Notes: generated by a model from the sequence alone, not told the origin. A stretch of 64,000 bases of DNA from an uncultured delta proteobacterium (GCA_963816145.1 CAWFJP010000002.1:224001-288000); one strand, 5' to 3'. Counted from the first letter of the stretch, positions 41,893-51,554 are shown. Numbers and translations are program-made.

Positions 41893-41907
41893 GCAACATC
41901 TAGGCCG
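41893..41907 (-). promoter_or_regulatory. candidate sigma54 -24/-12 promoter of the pilin-like gene
   Basis: Minus strand CGGCCTAGATGTTGC (GG-N10-GC with TTGC), ~30 bp upstream of ATG 41860. Confidence 0.4.
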
Positions 41908-42267
41908 TATTGATCGGCTCCCAAGCGCGGTGAAAAGCACTCGCAGTATCACCGGATGACAGCCGGGTCGTTGGAATCAAGACCCGATTAAAGCGGCTTC
42001 GGGCTCTAGCGCCACAAGTTTCTGCCAGCATTCGTGAAACGATTGAGACCGACAAGAAACTTTTAGGAAGAAAACCGCCCGCCCATTACTTTCAGGATCC
42101 GTTATGAACGTCGATATTTTTAGACAGCAAATCGTTTGCCTTCACCCAAAGGTCCAGTGGAAAGCATCCGCAATCAGCTGGACCGCTCGCTGTGCGCAGG
42201 ATATAACCGCATTCACTGAAGCTGGTGTCAGGGCAACAATCGAAACGATCGAAGGAGGCAACGAAAC

Positions 42268-43416
42268 ATGGCGCAGGATTTTGTCGGGACCAAACGCTGG
42301 ATACGTCCGGCGACTCCCTATGAGCTTTACATGGAGGAGCAAAATCTGCCGATCCATCGCGGCGCCGTGGGATTCTATGACATCCGCGATCTAACCTTGG
42401 CGCCCTGGAATCGCATGGGCGCGCAGGGCGCCTTCATCGAGCTCAACGGCTGCGGCGGACTCCAGGGCATGTACGTGATCGAAGTGCCCAGCGCAGGCGT
42501 GATCACTCCGGAAAAACATATGTACGAGGAGATCTTCTACGTGCTCGAAGGGCGCGGCACGACCGAGATCTGGAACGAGGGCGATGGCAACAAGAAGCAG
42601 ACCTTCGAATGGCAGCAGGGCAGCCTGTTCTCGCCGCCGCTCAACACTTGGCACCGCATCGTCAATGCCACATCGAGCCCGGCCTTGCTGCTCGGCGTGA
42701 CCAACGCGCCGCCGATTTTTCATCTGTATAGGAGCCAGGATGCGCTGTTCAACAATCCTTATCAGTTCAAAGATCGTTACGACGGCGGCGCGGAATATTT
42801 CAAAGCGCACACCGAGCTCGGCAAAGATCCGCGCCACGGCCGGGCGCGCAACTATGGCAATATCATCCCGGACGCCGATCGCGTCGAGCTGCCGCTCGAC
42901 GGCCAGCGCGGCGTGGGGCACCGGACCTTCTTTTGGAACCTGTCCGGCAATAGTTTTCAGGGCTTCATCGCGCAGTACGCGCCCGGCCGCTACTCGCGCT
43001 GTCACAACCATGAAGCCGGCCCGGTGCTGCTCTGTCTCGGCGGCAAGGGCTACACCATCACCTGGCCCGGCGATGCGGGGACGACGCCGTGGAAGGACGG
43101 CAAAGGCGAATTGGTCCTGCGCCAAGACTACAAGCCAGGCGGCATCGTCAGCGCCGCCCCCGGCGACGCCGGCTGGTTCCACGGCCACTACGGCGCGTCG
43201 AAAGAACCGTTGCGCGTGCTCGCCTTTCTCGGCGGCTTTCCCCGGCGCGTGATGGGTGTGCCTGGTGTCGATTGGCGCGGCTTGAATCTCGACGTCAAAG
43301 AAGGCGGCAGCACCATCGAATACCGCGACGAGGACCCGTACATCCGCCAGATGTTCAAGGAGCAGTTGGCTAAGGAAGGCGCGGCGTTCAATATGCCGGA
43401 GGAAGTTTATCGGTGA
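42268..43416 (+). CDS. bicupin protein (gentisate dioxygenase-like fold)
   Basis: HMYEEIFYVLEGRG...PLNTWH and CHNH...WFHGH cupin motifs; GGAGG RBS. Confidence 0.8.
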   Translation: MAQDFVGTKRWIRPATPYELYMEEQNLPIHRGAVGFYDIRDLTLAPWNRMGAQGAFIELNGCGGLQGMYVIEVPSAGVITPEKHMYEEIFYVLEGRGTTEIWNEGDGNKKQTFEWQQGSLFSPPLNTWHRIVNATSSPALLLGVTNAPPIFHLYRSQDALFNNPYQFKDRYDGGAEYFKAHTELGKDPRHGRARNYGNIIPDADRVELPLDGQRGVGHRTFFWNLSGNSFQGFIAQYAPGRYSRCHNHEAGPVLLCLGGKGYTITWPGDAGTTPWKDGKGELVLRQDYKPGGIVSAAPGDAGWFHGHYGASKEPLRVLAFLGGFPRRVMGVPGVDWRGLNLDVKEGGSTIEYRDEDPYIRQMFKEQLAKEGAAFNMPEEVYR

Positions 43417-43488
43417 GCTATGTGCGCGCCGTAGATTGTAAAGACTCTTATGCCAGATCCGGAAGTCGCAGCGAATTCACGTTGGGTA

Positions 43489-44286
43489 TTACTCCCCGTT
43501 GTTCTCCGCTAAGTGCGCAAAGCGTTTTTTCATGAGATCTATTTGCGTGAGATAGCGCTGCAGGCTGTGTGTGCCGCAAAGTTCGCCGGGCGCCGGGCGG
43601 AAGCCCCGGGCGGCGAAAGTCTCACCGCGTTTCAAACCACAAAGGTGGATCACCGCAGCCAGTTTTTGTTTTTGTCCAGGGCTAACTTTGACTGCGCGGC
43701 GAGCCGCCAGCGAATCGACCACGCTCTGGTGCAGATAGCCGGCGGTCAGTTCGACCGCATGGCTCGGCAGCGTTCGAGTATAGAGACTGTTGAACCAGCA
43801 GGAACCCAAATTGTCCCGCGCATCTTCGCTCGCCACTTGATGATCGCGGATGCAGTACTTGCGCGCTTGGGCGAAAGTGCCGTCGGTGAGTTGAAACATG
43901 CCGAGCGCGCTCGAGGCCGGACGATAAATTTCCAAGGGATTCCACGACCACTGCCAGCGCCAGTAGGTGCGCGCAACGGGATTGCCGTCGCTCTCGACCT
44001 GCGCCAGCGCGGCGAGCAATTCCGGCGAGATAATACTGGTCGAATATTTTTCAAACAGCGCGCCGTAACTTTGCCAGGTGGCTGCGGGATTTTTCGCGAA
44101 GGAGCCGCTGACCGGAGCGAACAGCTCGCCGGGCTTCCGTATCACCTGATAGACCAAGTTAAGCGTGAAGAACGCGGCAAGCCCAACAACGCACCACCAG
44201 ACGATGCTTCGTTTGCGGAGCAGTTTGGCAAAGCTTCTCGACCTTCGCCTGCGGTATCGGACGCCGCTCAGAACGGTAGCTGCCAC
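43489..44286 (-). CDS. SLT-domain lytic transglycosylase-like protein, membrane anchored
   Basis: N-terminal TM helix; LAQVES and ALGMFQLTDGT motifs. Confidence 0.72.
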   Translation of the reverse strand: MAATVLSGVRYRRRRSRSFAKLLRKRSIVWWCVVGLAAFFTLNLVYQVIRKPGELFAPVSGSFAKNPAATWQSYGALFEKYSTSIISPELLAALAQVESDGNPVARTYWRWQWSWNPLEIYRPASSALGMFQLTDGTFAQARKYCIRDHQVASEDARDNLGSCWFNSLYTRTLPSHAVELTAGYLHQSVVDSLAARRAVKVSPGQKQKLAAVIHLCGLKRGETFAARGFRPAPGELCGTHSLQRYLTQIDLMKKRFAHLAENNGE

Positions 44287-44584
44287 GCGAAAAGATTAAC
44301 CTCTCGGTGATTTTGCATCAAGGCTGAAGTGAGCTTTGAACAATCTGGACTAGCGGCAATCATCGCCCATGAGCGAAAGCTACTGACGATGGGGTGGCGC
44401 GCAAGAAATTTGGACGGGTCTCAATGATTGTGGAGATTGTTGTGCCCGACCGCGAAGCATCCACCGCAGCACATAATGTGATGAGCCTCAGACTAGTGGC
44501 GATGCTCGATTTATCCATAAAGCAGTACGTCACCTTGATGTTGTTAAGGCAGTTAAGTAGGTCGAGCCAACTGTGATTTATAAA

Positions 44585-46843
44585 CTAAGCAGCCAAGAGA
44601 AGGGAATTTGATTCTTGCTCGAAGAGCCAATAGTTTGACTTAGGTTCCGAAATAGGGTGTAAAAATCCACATCGTACACCTAACTCATCTCGACTTGATT
44701 GGAGCACAAGTGGGCATCGCTCTAGAAGTTTATCAAACGTCGATCTTGCTCTCGTCAGTTCTCGCAACTCGGCATAAGCATGCAATTGGATTATCTGCGC
44801 AATTGGTCTGACTGTAGGATAAAAATCGCGACGTAGGAGATCGACGGCTTGCTCAAATTGTGACTTCCGTAGTCTTGCGCCTGCGAGTGCAGCTTCAAAA
44901 AAGTCTTTTTGAGTAAACCACGGATTTTCCTTTAACCCACATTCGAATGTCTCTATAGCTGCGTCGAGTTCACCTTTTCGTAGAGAAATTGTTCCACGAA
45001 TATGAAAAGAGATCCATTCCGAAAATGTGGCGGGACTGTGAATGGGTAACAAGCTTAGAGCTTCGTCAAACTGTCCTTTTGCGGCTAACGCCGACGCTAT
45101 ACCATTCCGAGCTATAAGGTTTCCGGGGAAGCGATTCAGATTCTCCCGGTAAGCTGCAATTGCATCGTCAAGCCTATTCTGTCTTCTCAGAACATCCGCG
45201 CGGCCATTCCGACCTACGACATCCATTTTAAACCGCACGGTCAATTCGTCGTAAGCGGCCAAGGCTTCATCAAAGTCCCCCAAATCCTTAAATACATTTG
45301 CTCTTCCAAGGCGGCATACCCGATCCAGAGGAAAGTGTGCTCCAATATAATCAAATTGTTTTAGTGCGTCGTCAAGATTACCGAGCTGTTTTACTACTTC
45401 CGCCTTCCCGTTGAGTGTAACTAACTCAGATGGAAATAGCTGAAGGGTTTCATCATAGGCGGCCAAGGATTCTTTAAGCCGGCCTACATCCCTAAGTATG
45501 GTGGCGCGTCCGTTCAGTGGCACCACTTCATAGGGGAATTTGTCTAGAACCGTATTGTAGATTTCTAAAGCTTCGTCTAGTCGACCCATTTCTCGCTTCA
45601 CTTCTGCGCGGCCACACTGCGGCGAAGATTGATCAGGAAATGCTTCAGCGCAAGATTGAAAGATCTCAAGGGCCTCTGTTAGCTCTCCCAGATCCTTCAA
45701 CACTTCGCCCCGACCACACATAGCTATTGCTGTGTCGCCTAGAACTCCAGCTCGATAATATGCCGCTAGAGCTTTCTCAAACTCTCCAAGAGATCGGTAA
45801 GCGTCCCCTAGCTGCGCATGGGCCCACGCATCAGTCGGTAATTCCTTAGTCGCCCACTCTGAAAGCTCCAATTGTAATTGGATATCTCCGATACGTTTGC
45901 AGTATTGCGCGAGGTCGCACAACGATTTCGCAATGTGCTCCGGTTCACTGCTTGAACGCTGACTTACAACAAGTTCTTGAATGCACTTCCATGCCAGGTC
46001 ACGGCGGTCTTCCAATAGAAATGCTTTAATAGAGTTTTTTTGCTTTTCTACGTTCAAAAAAATTTGATACCCACCGCTCGATCGCGCATGTCTGTCGGCC
46101 TGTGCGCTTAGATTTATATGGTCTTCATCGTCAACAAACCTTATATTAGAAACTTTTTCTTTGAATGGGGCCGCCCACTCCATGAAAATGCGTCTATCCT
46201 TCGCTTTACCTCGGAACTCGGGAAGCGCAAGTATTTGTAGCAGTGCGTAATCACTCTTGAACCGTTCAGTGACAAACATGCGAAATGCACCGGCCTTGAC
46301 TGCCGCGACGCGGAAACTTTCTTTGGCATCTCCGCTGCCAAAGAGATCTTCTGGTAAAGCATTCCAGGCCACAACGCGTCGCGCGATTTCGTCCTGATCA
46401 GCTTCTAATATCATCAAAAACTCTTCTACATTTAAGCAATGATTTTGACGGGCGAACTGAATGGCGCCTGGCAAATCACCGTTCTTAGGCAAGGGAGCTG
46501 AATAAAAATAATTTGCTAGATAATCAACAGTCTCAGCTGTTAGCAATTCCGAAAGGCAATCGCACGCTGACTGGCGAATTTCGACATCCTTATCCCGATC
46601 TAACAAAAGCAGTAACAGTAACATTGCACGATCGCGAGTCCATGTCGTCTCCAACTCCTGCACCACCTTCTGTTGCGTCACGTCTTCAAATGATTGAATG
46701 TCCGTCAAATCACGTAAAATCCAAGATGCTTCCACTTCTGTTCGTTCAGTGAGTTCGTCTGGGTAGTTTATTCCAATCGACCTGATTTGGTCTTGGTCGT
46801 AGAGAATCGCAACACCAGCTTGTCCGGAGATGAGTGCCTTCAA
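44585..46843 (-). CDS. tetratricopeptide-repeat protein, 752 aa, low GC
   Basis: At least nine TPR-like units (e.g. NGRATILRDVGRLKESLAAYDE); TTG start overlaps the TGA stop of the upstream gene; C-terminus LLLAA. Confidence 0.85.
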   Translation of the reverse strand: MKALISGQAGVAILYDQDQIRSIGINYPDELTERTEVEASWILRDLTDIQSFEDVTQQKVVQELETTWTRDRAMLLLLLLLDRDKDVEIRQSACDCLSELLTAETVDYLANYFYSAPLPKNGDLPGAIQFARQNHCLNVEEFLMILEADQDEIARRVVAWNALPEDLFGSGDAKESFRVAAVKAGAFRMFVTERFKSDYALLQILALPEFRGKAKDRRIFMEWAAPFKEKVSNIRFVDDEDHINLSAQADRHARSSGGYQIFLNVEKQKNSIKAFLLEDRRDLAWKCIQELVVSQRSSSEPEHIAKSLCDLAQYCKRIGDIQLQLELSEWATKELPTDAWAHAQLGDAYRSLGEFEKALAAYYRAGVLGDTAIAMCGRGEVLKDLGELTEALEIFQSCAEAFPDQSSPQCGRAEVKREMGRLDEALEIYNTVLDKFPYEVVPLNGRATILRDVGRLKESLAAYDETLQLFPSELVTLNGKAEVVKQLGNLDDALKQFDYIGAHFPLDRVCRLGRANVFKDLGDFDEALAAYDELTVRFKMDVVGRNGRADVLRRQNRLDDAIAAYRENLNRFPGNLIARNGIASALAAKGQFDEALSLLPIHSPATFSEWISFHIRGTISLRKGELDAAIETFECGLKENPWFTQKDFFEAALAGARLRKSQFEQAVDLLRRDFYPTVRPIAQIIQLHAYAELRELTRARSTFDKLLERCPLVLQSSRDELGVRCGFLHPISEPKSNYWLFEQESNSLLLAA

Positions 46844-47685
46844 TTTTCCACCGTTATTTGGGCTTTGATCTCAGTTAATGTCCGTTTAACTGAAGCTAAC
46901 AAGATCTTGTCTGCCTTTTTGGTTGGTTGCTTAATCACCACAGCCTTTATTGCACGACGATGAATAGGACCGTAAATGTGGACTTCAACAAAATCGGGTG
47001 TTTCCTTAGTGTTTACCATTAGGATATTCGGAAAGTTAGTACTTCCCGTATCCTTATCAAGCCGACTCCCCAATTTGGCAAGCGCGAGGCGGCCACGATT
47101 CGACCAAGAAGTTCGAAACCCTGCGGGAATTTGAGCACCGATGGTGAATTTGTTTTTCTGGAAAAATTCGAAAGAGTTTTCTTCGAAGACAGATGCGCGG
47201 TCTCGAATCGCGCTCTCCTTTAATACGACAGAACAGCCGCCATAAGAGGTCGGTCCTTGACCATCTAACGTGAGTGCTGCAAATCGAATATGCTGGTGAT
47301 AATTGGGGAAAAGAGTGTTATCCACAGCCGTTCTGGTGGTATCGTAGACGTTCTTCTCTGGCAAGCGTGTTTCAGCGTTTACGAGTTGGTAGTATGTTGC
47401 ATATAGCGCATTATCGCTTTCAATCAGTTCTAGAATTTTGGGAAGTGATCGGCAGAACACAGCTTCTGAATCTTTCAAAGCCAGAAGAAATTGTTCCATA
47501 ACACCTTGGCAATCTCTTGTTCTGCAATCCTCGACAGATGTTTGGAAGCGTTTTTCAACCGCCTCAATTTCTTCCGATCGGTCCGCTTTTCTCACATTGG
47601 GATAGCCAGCGTCGGTGCCACATACCACGCAATTACGTTGATAATCCGGCACTTCCTCCCGGCATTCCTTGTTGGGACATATCAT
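46840..47685 (-). CDS. zinc-ribbon protein with putative DUF3626/ADP-ribosyltransferase-like domain, low GC
   Basis: N-terminal CPNKEC...CVVCG; core IRFAALT...SYGGCSVVLK...RASVFEENS...DFVEVHIYGPI; start chosen at MICP (47685). Confidence 0.6.
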   Translation of the reverse strand: MICPNKECREEVPDYQRNCVVCGTDAGYPNVRKADRSEEIEAVEKRFQTSVEDCRTRDCQGVMEQFLLALKDSEAVFCRSLPKILELIESDNALYATYYQLVNAETRLPEKNVYDTTRTAVDNTLFPNYHQHIRFAALTLDGQGPTSYGGCSVVLKESAIRDRASVFEENSFEFFQKNKFTIGAQIPAGFRTSWSNRGRLALAKLGSRLDKDTGSTNFPNILMVNTKETPDFVEVHIYGPIHRRAIKAVVIKQPTKKADKILLASVKRTLTEIKAQITVEN

Positions 47686-48138
47686 CTTTTTAACGACTGC
47701 AATTGCTAAGCCAAACATCCACTCAAGCGCTAGACTCGCGATCGAATAGGGCATCGAGGCTAGGACTTCCCATTGCCCACCCAAATTTCACCCCTAACCT
47801 AGTGCAGACGGCGGATGGAGGTCAAGAGAAGCGTCGGCTCAGGCATCGATGTCAGTTTATCTTACCATCGTCGAGTAGTGGAGTGGACCTGACGATTCAA
47901 TATTTTAAATTGACGAGCCAGCTTCGTCTCTGTTTGCTTATCCCGATGCACCCGGTACGCCAATTCCTCGGTAGTGAACCGACTCCATTCCCGCCAATTA
48001 AACGAGCTGCGCTTCGTCCGCGGCCCATACAGCTAGAGTCCCGCTTGCATGAATATTTTACAGTTCAATTCCCGCGAGGCACAGATCGCTGCCAATAGCA
48101 GGACGAATCCAACCCGCTAGGCGTTTAAATCGATCTCT

Positions 48139-48531
48139 TCAGGAAACAACCGCGATCGCGTTGATCTCCAGCAGCAGCTCGGGGCGCGCCAACGCTACCA
48201 CCTGCACCATCGTGCTGGTTGGAAAGTTCGATCCCAGGAATTCGCGCCGGGTTTCGTTGATGTCGCGGTGATTTCGCACGTCCGTGGTGAAGACGTTGAG
48301 CGCGACGACATCGTTGATCGTACCGCCGGCGGCTTCGACGGCGCGTTGAATCTTTCCCAAGATGAAACGCGTCTGTGCCCGGGCATCGCCGACGCCGACG
48401 ACCTTGCCATCATGATCTGAAGCGGTCTGGCCGGCGATGAATACCATCCGGCCCGGCTGCGCAATGTTGACCAGCGAATAACTCCCGCGTGGCACCGGCA
48501 GTCCATCGGGATTGAGTGTGGTCTTTGCCAT
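48139..48531 (-). CDS. Rid (YjgF/YER057c/UK114) family protein
   Basis: VFIAGQ and LLEINAIA motifs; CAGGAGG RBS 8 nt before ATG 48531. Confidence 0.88.
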   Translation of the reverse strand: MAKTTLNPDGLPVPRGSYSLVNIAQPGRMVFIAGQTASDHDGKVVGVGDARAQTRFILGKIQRAVEAAGGTINDVVALNVFTTDVRNHRDINETRREFLGSNFPTSTMVQVVALARPELLLEINAIAVVS

Positions 48532-48625
48532 GGTCATGTCCTCCTGCGAACGTAGTGAGCTTTCGATCCTTAATGTCCCTTTCGGGGATGGTTGAAATCC
48601 CTCGACTTGAGGCGAAGAGAGGTTT

Positions 48626-48733
48626 GTCATGCCGGCGCAGGCCGGCATCCATCTTCGCGCGCGCTGCAAGGCCAAACGAAACCTGGATTCCGGCCCCGGA
48701 TCAAGGCCGGGGCAGGCTCTACGCCGGAATGAC
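48626..48733. repeat. REP-like inverted doublet
   Basis: GTCATGCCGGCGCAGGCCGGCATCCA ... TGGATTCCGG...CGCCGGAATGAC. Confidence 0.7.
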
Positions 48734-48798
48734 GACCCCGAAAAGTCGACTTTAAGTCGACAAATTGCTTAAAGCCGAGGGTTGTTCAGTTGATTTTG

Positions 48799-49179
48799 CT
48801 ACGGCTTCGGCTTAACGCGTGTATAAAGTATTCGCGTGTTCGTCAACACATGCTCAAGGAGCAAAGCGTCATCATCGATGCTAACGATTTTGTGCACTAC
48901 GGCGCCCTGACCTCCGCCCAGATCAAAAAACAGACGGTCTCCCTCGATTCTACATGGATGATACTGGGAGTCGCTGTCAAGCCAAACCAAATTGCCCGTG
49001 ATCGCGAAGTCGGCCGTCGGGTTCTTGAAGTTGGACCACCACGCCCCTTGCAACTGGTCGAGACTATAGATGGCCGAACATGAAACCGACGCCGCGGCCA
49101 TGACGGCCGCGACGATGCCGAGTACGGTCTTGTTAGCGTGCGGGTAAATTCTACGCTCCATCCCACGTATGCGAGCCAA
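48799..49179 (-). CDS. small hypothetical exported protein or lipoprotein, beta-rich
   Basis: Hydrophobic leader ending SVSC; LQGAW lipocalin-like start; exact start uncertain. Confidence 0.45.
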   Translation of the reverse strand: MARIRGMERRIYPHANKTVLGIVAAVMAAASVSCSAIYSLDQLQGAWWSNFKNPTADFAITGNLVWLDSDSQYHPCRIEGDRLFFDLGGGQGAVVHKIVSIDDDALLLEHVLTNTRILYTRVKPKP

Positions 49180-49235
49180 TCATCGAGATGTTTTAAGTGT
49201 CGTTTGTAGCGCTAGTCTCTCTTACTTTCGTTACT

Positions 49236-49376
49236 CTAGTCCAACAATTCTTGGCAAGCCAGCCTGGCTCCTTCGGCCAATGCGTAGAGTTTCGCAAAAG
49301 CTAAACTGGCATCGGGGAGATGGCGCAGGCCGCAGTCGGTGCAGGCGATGACGTTCTCTTTGCCGACCAGTTTCGT
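49236..49376 (-). pseudogene. C-terminal remnant of a cobalamin-independent methionine synthase II-like gene
   Basis: Hand translation TKLVGKENVIACTDCGLRHLPDASLAFAKLYALAEGARLACQELLD*; no start or upstream part visible. Confidence 0.65.
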
Positions 49377-49642
49377 CTCAAAAGACGAACTCAAGGCGAT
49401 CATGCCCCCCCGATGCGATTCCGGCGGCGGGCACTTACATCGTCACCCTCACGTTCGAGGAGAAGATTTTCCAGAGTCCCATCGCGCGCATCTGATTGTC
49501 GAATTTAAGCCGTAACGGCTATTTTATCCGATTGTAGTTGAGTGTTTGCGTGGTCCCGAGGTCTTTCCTTATCGGGGACAGTCCGCTGCTTACGATACCG
49601 GCTCTAAGTTCATGAAGCCTTTTAATCTCTATGGGGTTAATT

Positions 49643-49794
49643 CCCCGCAGCTTGCTGCGTTGCATTTCCGACGTAGGATGGGTTGAGCGTCAGCGATACC
49701 CATCATCTCCAGACGGTGGGTATCGGCGTTCCGCCTCAACCCACCCTACGAATGAATGTTATTCTGACCTGATATGCCGCTGCTTGCGGCGGGG
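49643..49794. repeat. nested palindromic elements: GTAG-type REP doublet within a CCCCGCAGCTTGCTGCG inverted pair
   Basis: CGTAGGATGGGTTGAGCG...CTCAACCCACCCTACG (49672-49750) flanked by CCCCGCAGCTTGCTGCG and CCGCTGCTTGCGGCGGGG. Confidence 0.7.
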
Positions 49795-50008
49795 TTCTTC
49801 ATTCCCGCGTCCAATTCTCGCTGAGGCAAATCGCCAATCCGTGCAATTCATGGCGCCCAATGCGACCTGTTGACTGAGGTTTCAGAAGGGATTACTTTTC
49901 GCGCATATCAAACTATAGTCGTAATATACTCATTATGCTATCGTCTAGCTAGGACTTATGTAGTAGTAATGCAAGGAGGTTATTGCCCGCGCGATCGGAA
50001 CGAAACCT

Positions 50009-51367
50009 ATGCCTAGAGTTCTCGTTATCGAAAAGCACGACGCGGCTCGGAAGTTGATCGAGAATCAACTTAACGGCAGGTTGTGCGTCGATTCAGCGGA
50101 ATCTGTTCGAGCTGCACTTGAGCGGCATAACCGCGAGCCGTTCGACATCATCATTTGGGATTCAGTTTCAGCGCCTTCGGACTGTTTCAGCTCCGCAAAC
50201 ACCGTCAGAAAGTTTCTCCGCAAGCCGGCTCACATGAGGGCCATTGTCCTATCTAATGTCGCTGAACCGGAGATTATCTCCGGACGCAAGCTGCGTTGCG
50301 ATTGGTTGCAAACGCCGGTGGACGAAACGGAGTTGCTCGCGGTGATAGGGACGGCCTTGCGTCACGATGCATCGACTTACAGATGCGCGTCCACGGGAGA
50401 GCTTTTTATTCCCACCGAGTTTGAAGGCATACTCTCCTTTACGCTGACGATGAAAGGCGTAATCCAGCAGGTTCTTGAGGCCGCCAAGGATGATATTCCG
50501 GTTCTAATTATCGGCGAAACCGGCACGGGCAAAGATCTTGTTGCCACGGCGATCCACAAGCGCAGCGGTCGGCGTGGAGCACCTTACCTACCCGTAAATA
50601 TGGGTGCGATAGCGTCTGACCTTATCGCCAGCGAACTGTTCGGCCACGAGAAAGGCGCCTACACAGGAGCTTCGGAACGGCGCGCTGGCCTTTTTGAACA
50701 GGCGGAAGGCGGAACGATCTTTCTTGACGAGATCACAACCATGGATGAGAAAGCGCAAGTCGCCCTGCTCCGTGTCCTCGAAAACAAAACGATCCGAAGA
50801 GTGCGCGGCGAACGAGACATTCGGGTTAACGTCCGGGTGATCGCGGCAACGAATGAGAACATCGAAGAAGCGGTAAGGCAAGGCCGCTTCCGCGAAGATT
50901 TGTATTATCGATTAGATGTGTTTCGGATTCAGCTCCCCCCGCTTCGGGAACGAGCAGCTGCGGTCAGTTTATTCGCCGACCACTTCGTCGCTCATTTTGC
51001 AAAGCTATATAAAAAAGACATACGGAGCATCTCGCGGGATTGTTATCATGCTCTACGCCAGCATCATTGGCCCGGCAATGTGCGAGAACTGAAGAATGTG
51101 ATTCAGCGCGCTGTCCTGCTCGCCCAACAACCCGAGTTAACTCCCGATTTGTTGCCCTCAAGGATTCTGCAGGCTATCGGTTCGGTCGCACCAACGGACT
51201 GCGAGCCCTCGCCCATTCGACAGGGAATGACCCTGGACGAAGTCGAAAAGGAATACATCAAGCTCACGCTTTCTTTGATGAATGGAAATAAGGCGAAGAC
51301 CGCTTCCTCGCTTGGGATCTGCCGCCGCGCTCTCTATAGTAAGCTCAAGCGATTCGGCATGCGGTAA
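50009..51367 (+). CDS. sigma54-dependent transcriptional activator (NtrC-like: receiver, AAA+, Fis HTH)
   Basis: GETGTGKD, ELFGHEKGAYTGA, FLDEI and WPGNVREL motifs; C-terminal HTH. Confidence 0.93.
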   Translation: MPRVLVIEKHDAARKLIENQLNGRLCVDSAESVRAALERHNREPFDIIIWDSVSAPSDCFSSANTVRKFLRKPAHMRAIVLSNVAEPEIISGRKLRCDWLQTPVDETELLAVIGTALRHDASTYRCASTGELFIPTEFEGILSFTLTMKGVIQQVLEAAKDDIPVLIIGETGTGKDLVATAIHKRSGRRGAPYLPVNMGAIASDLIASELFGHEKGAYTGASERRAGLFEQAEGGTIFLDEITTMDEKAQVALLRVLENKTIRRVRGERDIRVNVRVIAATNENIEEAVRQGRFREDLYYRLDVFRIQLPPLRERAAAVSLFADHFVAHFAKLYKKDIRSISRDCYHALRQHHWPGNVRELKNVIQRAVLLAQQPELTPDLLPSRILQAIGSVAPTDCEPSPIRQGMTLDEVEKEYIKLTLSLMNGNKAKTASSLGICRRALYSKLKRFGMR

Positions 51368-51554
51368 ACCGTGCAGCCTTTACACATCGGGCGCCATCCG
51401 GGTCCCATGAGTTTTTTTATGCTGCATACAATTTTCTCACACCAACCTTCCCGCCTGCTTTGACTGTGCATAATTTACTCGGTTTCCTCCCCCCGGCTCG
51501 CCTCCCCGCTAGCTAAACCGCTTTAACTCTCTGATCAGACACAAGTTTCTCTTC

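Noticed and set aside
47318-47326. TTATCCACA DnaA box
   Set aside because: Single copy inside a coding sequence, with no cluster or origin context
44380-48130. Prophage or integrative element explanation for the low-GC island
   Set aside because: No integrase, tRNA, phage gene or flanking direct repeat was found by eye
48532-48675. N-terminal extensions of the Rid ORF (and of the 3961 SBP ORF)
   Set aside because: They are translations of palindromic repeat elements; better starts lie downstream
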